A model generated the notes under the pieces. The model had not been told where the DNA came from and did no database searches. It worked only from the letters and a program-made list of their open reading frames with translations. 64,000 nt of DNA from Piromyces finnis finn. Its lineage: Eukaryota > Fungi > Neocallimastigomycota. The stretch covers positions 372,001 through 436,000 of the forward strand of contig MCFH01000038.1 of NCBI GenBank assembly GCA_002104945.1, read 5' to 3'. Positions 54,839 through 64,000 of this stretch are shown one piece after another. Within the stretch, counting starts at the first letter, position 1, and each line of letters starts with the position of its first letter. The translations under genes and the position numbers were made by a program.

Positions 54839-55308
54839 CAAGTTCCTATAATATCGGAGTTACTTTGTGCAAAAGGCAAAAAAGAAAAAAAGTGATATTA
54901 ATGAATTACTATTAAATTAATTAAAAAAACATTTTTTTAATTATAGTTTAATTTAAAACACGTGCAAAATGAAACTTTATCATTTATTATGTTTTTAAAC
55001 ATATATTTATGTAATATAAATATTTTTCGAAAGAAAATAAAATTCTAATTATTATTTTTTTTTAAAAAAAAAAAAAAAACAATTCATTTCTTAACATTAA
55101 TTTTACAGTGAAATTTCAATAAAGAATTAATTTGAAATCGTGACAAAATTTAATTATTATACAAAATAATTTTATTTTATTAGAGTCCAAGATAATACTT
55201 TTTTTTTTTTTAAAAAAAATTTAATAAATAATAATGGTATAAATATAAACTACAAATCTTAATAGAAAATATTAAAAAAAAAAAAAGAGAGAGAAAATAA
55301 CAACAAAT

Positions 55309-57563
55309 ATGGCATTGACCAATGAAAATTCAAATTGGGTTTGGAGTGATGAGAAATTATCATATTATGACCAAAGTACAGGATGGTATTATAGGGAAGA
55401 TCTTGGCTATTTTTATTTTGATGAAAATAATGAATGTCATTATGTATACCCAGCTGAAACATCAGCAATAAATACGAAAACAACAGAAATAGAAGAAAAG
55501 CAACATCACCATCATAAAAAGCATAAACATAAATCTAAAGAGAATAAAGAAGATATAAATACGGTAGAAAAAGAAAAAGAAAATGTCCAGGATATGGAAA
55601 AAAAAAAAGATAGTGATGATGATATTTCTGAATTAGAAGAAGGTGAAATTTCAGAGGATGAAGAAGAAGAAGAAAATTCAAAACAAAATACTTCCCTTTT
55701 ACAACAACCAAATTATATTAATAATGCTATTTATTATAACAATACTTTTTACTCAAATATGAATAGTACAGGAATTGTAAATTCAACTACAACCACATTT
55801 CCAACAGAAATTCAATTAGCATATGGTATAGAAGCCGCTCAAGGTAATAATATAATAAATGGTTCCACAGAAATCCAACAACAAAATTATGAAGATGAAT
55901 ATATGAGGTTAGTAGTAAAAAATTCAGATTTATATGAAAAAGGTTCTATCATTTTAATTGATGCAGAAGGTCTCTCTATAGGACGAGATAAATCTTATGA
56001 AAAGCGATTAAGGTTACCAGAAATGCAAGTATCCAAATACCATGCAAAAATATATTTAGAAGCCGAGTATCAGCAAGTGATGCCTGTATCATCAGAAATT
56101 CAACAAGAATCCTATAGTAATATGATTAGTATGTCAACAATGAATTATCCAGTGGAACAACAACACTTTCATCAAAAAAAAGAAAAATCCCATCCTAAAC
56201 ATGAATATGAAGATTTAGACAATTATTCTGATAAAGAAGAAAATATTGATTACCATTATAGCATGTATGATGATGATAATAACGATTATGATAATGATAA
56301 ACATCATAGTAAGAATGTTAAGGATAAGAAACCGGTTGAAACTACTTCCAAAATTCAAACTAAAACATTAAAGGCAACCGACATTACCAAAGAAAAGCTA
56401 CCAATAGAATCCGAAAAAATAATAGAAGATGTAAATGAAAAAGAAAAGATAAAAGAAAATAGGAAGGAGAAAGAAAGTAATAAAATAGAAATAAAAGAAA
56501 ACTCTATCGATACTGTTTCAGATGATCATAAAAATGAAAAGGATACCCCAAAGGAGCAAAAGCAATCCATTGAAAAAAGGGATGATGAAAAAAATGATTC
56601 AAAAGAAGAACTAAATAATAATAATAGTAATAATAATAATAAAATAAAAGAAGAAGAAGAAGAAGAAGAAGAAGAGGGTGAAATCACAGATGATGGGGAA
56701 TACATCCCTATAGAAGATGAAGAAAAGAAAGAAGATAAAAATCATGATAAAGGTAAAAGATAAAAATTAAATATATATATATATGTATTTAAGTAATAAA
56801 TTTATTTATGTATATTTAATATAAACTATAGTAGATGAATCTTTTGATTATCAAGATAATTATGATAATACGGTAAATTTAAATTATGAACCACAACCAC
56901 AATATACCGTCACCTATCATTTTTCAATTATAGATATGGGGTAACTATTAAACCATAGTAATAATAATTAATAAATTAATAAATAATAATAAGTTAAATT
57001 AATTTTTGAAAAAAAAATTTTTTTTTTCTCTCTTACTCTATATATTTATATTATTTTCCCTTTTCATCATTATTATTTATGATAATAATAATAAAAATAA
57101 AATCCAAATCTAAAGATCAACCCATGGTACTTTTTTGAATGAAGAACGACTTTCAGAAACTAAAATATGTAGTAAACCTTTCCCATTAAAAAATGGGGAT
57201 TCTATAAAAATTGGAAGTACAATTTTAGAAGTTCATTATCATAGACCCTGGGGAGCATGTAAAGATTGTACTATTACTGAAAAACAAAAAGAAATTCCAC
57301 TTTTAGATAAAAATAGAATGATGAATCATACGGAAGGAACAGGTTATGATCCACATCCAGTATCGTTGGAAGAACAACGTAAATATGAATTGAAACGGTT
57401 AAAAAGTAAATATTTAAAACGACCATCCAAAAAAACAAAATCATCTCATTATTATAATATTGAAGAAGAAGAAGTAGGGCAAGAATCAATAGCTAATACT
57501 TATATTGATCGAGCGGCGCAACGTCGAGAACTATACAATACCAATATACCCTATTTTAAATAA
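55309..57563 (+). CDS. AGGF1-like protein with OCRE and split FHA domains (3 exons)
   Basis: OCRE-like YYDQSTGWYYREDLGYFYFD. FHA halves SIGRDK...VSKYHAKI and IIDMG|STHGTFLN...LKNGDSIKIGSTILEVH are joined across introns at ~56750-56834 and ~56941-57115. The C-terminus has YIDRAAQRRELY. Confidence 0.75.
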
Positions 57564-57695
57564 GTAATCAAATTAAAAAAAAAACTATTTTTATATATAT
57601 TTTTATAGAGTAAAAAAAAAAAAAATAGTCATTACTGATATATAAATAATAAAATTCAATTTTTTTTTAGTATAAATTTTAAATAAATAATTTAT

Positions 57696-57731
<36 letters not shown>

Positions 57732-58007
57732 TATAAATTTATTGGTATATTTAGTTGTCAAGAAGTAAACAACTAAAAAAATATATATAGAAATATATTT
57801 ACACGATATTTTAATAAAAAAGTTTTCATATTATTTTGATTAATATTGTATAATAGATATTATATAAGAAAGAAAGAAGGAAAGAAAGTAAGAAAAAAAA
57901 AAAGAAATATTATTTTAAATGAGTAGGGGGTATGAATGTTAATGAATAGTATTATTTCATTCATTAAATATATATATATAATACAATAATATTATATTAG
58001 TGAATTT

Positions 58008-61151
<3,144 letters not shown>

Positions 61152-63919
61152 TTTTTTTAAACTATTTTATTTATTATTTTATTAAAATCTAATTTCAAAT
61201 GACTCCTTTTACATATATATTTATAAACCTTTTTTTTTTTTATATGCAACTTTTATTAAAAAAAAATTTAAAGTTTTTTATTAAAAAAAAAAATATTAAA
61301 TAAAATTATATTAATTAAATAAATTTTATTTTATATTTTTTTTCTAATTTTCAATTTTTACATTTATTATTTAGTAGAAAAAAAAAAAAAAGAGTTTTGT
61401 TCAGAATCAAAAAGTTTCCTTCATCATAAGTAGGAAGAACGAAAGTTAATAATTAATTTTTTATTCATCATTTCAAACTCTTTTTTTTTTTTTTTACCTT
61501 TTCTTAATAATAAATTTCTTTTATTAAATAATTAATTTAATAAAATTTTATTATTAATTAAAAAGAATAAAATTTTATTTCTTTAAAGTTTAAATGAGAA
61601 TTTTTTTTAAAATTTTTTTTGTTCTTTTATACTTTAATAGATTTAAAATGATTGGTGGATTAATTTATTATTATTATTTTTTTTTTAAAGTATTTGACAA
61701 ATGGCTAAAGAGCAGCTTCAATAACCCTATGAAAATGATAATTATTATTATTATATGAAAATAACAAAAAGAGTTGTAAATTCACTAAAAAGACACTTGA
61801 AAATAAAAAAAAAAAAAAAGGAATATTTTTTTGTATAAATAAATTTATATCTATTTATTCATTAAAAAAAAGTTTTATTTTTCATTCTATAAATATTTGT
61901 TTTTTTTTTTTTTTTATTTTTTCTAGTGTTGTTGTTATTGTTGTTTAATAATAATTTATGAAAGGATATTAGAATAATTTTTTTTTTAAAAAGGAAAGTT
62001 TTTTTTTTTTTTTTTACTTTCCCCATTATTCTTTTTATCTTTCTTTTTTTCTATTTTTATTTTTATATTGGTAATAAATATATATGTTTTTTTTTATAAC
62101 ATTTACGAAATATAATGTTTTGTATTTTTTTTTTTTTTTTTAATTATTTTAGTATATAGTTATTTATTTATTTTTATATTAAAAAATACTGGAAAAAAAG
62201 AAAAATGAAAAAAAAAATTTAAACTTTTTCTTAAAATACAACTATAATATCTTTTTTTTTTTTTTTTACTTAATTTAAATTCTATATCAATTCTATTTTA
62301 CTTTTTTTTTTTTTGTAATGAAAAATATCTATATTCTTTTTTAAACTTTTTAAATATAAAATAAATAATAGCTTGAAACTGTTTTTTTTTTTTTAATTGC
62401 TACGATTACTTTTTCTTTTTTTTTTTTTTTTCCTTTTCTTATATATATTTTCATTTCCTTTCCCTTAATTTCTACATCTACAACTAGTATTTTATTCTTA
62501 TATTTATACATTCTATATATTATAATGAATTATATAACAAAATTTACTATAAATAAAAAAAAGTATTTTTTTTTTAAAATTTAAAATTTATCAATTATTA
62601 TACTATTACTTTCTTTCTATATATTTTTAAAATATATACTATTTAAACAAACAAAAAAAAAAGATATATATAATAATTCATTTAAATATATATTTTAGGA
62701 AAATGAAAAAAAAAAAATTGTGAATAGAAAAAAGAAATTCATAATTACTTGATAATAATATATTTGTAGTTTTAATACTATTTCAGTTTCATGTGTAATA
62801 AATTGTTTTTGCTTTTTTTCGTAGTATGAATGTAAAAGTTGATAATTTGAATATTATTTTTTCCCTTTTCTTGCTGGCTTATTGACAAAAAAGAATAAAG
62901 AAATAATACTATATTTTCTCTTTTTTATTTTTGTCAATCAATATATTCTGTAGGCGTTTACTCGTGTTAACGAAAACAATGTATATACGTGAATTTTCTA
63001 TTAAAAATTGTTGTTCACTGTGAATATATTTATATAAATAATTAAAAACTTAAATGATTTATTTTCTTTCATTAAAGTGGAAGGATAACTAAAATAAATA
63101 TATAATTTTTTTTTAAATAATACAATAAAATTCAATTTAAAAAAAAATAGTATAGTAATGAAAGAAATAAGTTTTGAATTGATTTTTTTCCCTTCTTTTT
63201 CCTTTTTTTTTTTTGGATAAATAAAAAAAATAAATAATACTAGTTAACTATTTATTTTTAATTTATTTATTTGTTTTTTTTTTATGATTATTTCTTTTCT
63301 ATTTCTTTTTTTAGAGGTTTATCAAAATTAATGACATTGAATATATTTTTTATATTTTATAATAAATATATCATTGTATAAACCTCGTCTATTTTATATA
63401 TATATATTTAATTATTGAAAGATAAGTTCTTTTAGAGTCTAAATAAATATTTTGTTTTTTTTCTTTTCTTTTTGTTTTCTTTACTATTTTATGAATATCA
63501 TTTCTTACTGGATAAAAATTAATTAATACTTTTTTTTTTTAAATTCATTTGAAATGAATTTTTTTGAAAAAAAAAAAAAAAAGAAATAATATTGATAAAA
63601 ATAAAGAATATTGGTTGTATTATTTTTTTAATATTGTTATATAATAGTGAGATAAAAAATATATATTGTATATATTGTAGTATATATTGAATTCTAAAAA
63701 ATATATTGCTATTGATAGTAATTTTTTTGATAAATGTAAATGATATTGCTTTATCATTTTCTATCATCATCATCATCAAAAATCTATTTTAATATTGCAT
63801 TATTGAATAAATTAGTTAAAAAAAAAGGGGGGAACACCTTATAATTTTTTTCTTTCTTTTTATAAAAGAAAAAGTATTAACTATGGTGTTCCATAAAGCT
63901 TTGCCTATTCTTCAATTAT

Positions 63920-64000
63920 TTAAGCTTGTTGCATAACATTTTTGTAGGAAGCTTCTTCGTTTTCATTACTAACTGGTTTAGGAGAATTTAAGGTGCTGAC
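63920..64000 (-). CDS. 3' end of an unidentified gene entering from the right edge
   Basis: GC content rises and an open frame reads VSTLNSPKPVSNENEEASYKNVMQQA* with a stop at 63920-63922. Too short to assign. Confidence 0.4.
   Translation of the reverse strand, partial: VSTLNSPKPVSNENEEASYKNVMQQA

Noticed and set aside
61200-63800. Short ORFs in the AT-rich right end (e.g. 63519-63779) and similar F/I/K-rich ORFs elsewhere
   Set aside because: Composition mirrors homopolymer runs, with no motifs or splice-consistent exons.

Overview
Extremely AT-rich eukaryotic genomic DNA with GT-AG introns, most consistent with an anaerobic gut fungus (Neocallimastigomycota). This is inferred from a rumen-fungal-type GH11 xylanase, beta-helix/EGF/7TM receptors and flagellar/centriole genes. 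From left to right the window holds: a spliced C22orf15/CXorf65-like gene (-); an intronless ammonium transporter (+); a 3.2-kb composite non-LTR retrotransposon insertion inside one 14-bp TSD; an intronless, atypical MFS sugar porter (+); a second, internally deleted LINE copy with a 13-bp TSD (-); cofilin (-); a decayed sugar-porter pseudogene plus a second remnant; a third LINE fragment (APE N-terminus and linker); a secreted GH11 xylanase with a long Q/N/G/W repeat tail (-); two tandem multi-exon class-C-like GPCR genes (+); a plant-type LRR receptor-like gene with roughly one repeat per exon (-); a 1009-aa intronless bacterial-like protein with a C-terminal TerD-like domain (-); DNAAF6/PIH1D3 (-); an AGGF1-like OCRE-FHA protein (+); epsilon-tubulin (-); and the 3' end of a gene at the right edge. 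No tRNA, rRNA or CRISPR array was recognised. Exon structures were read by eye, and all family assignments come from recalled motifs, not database searches.
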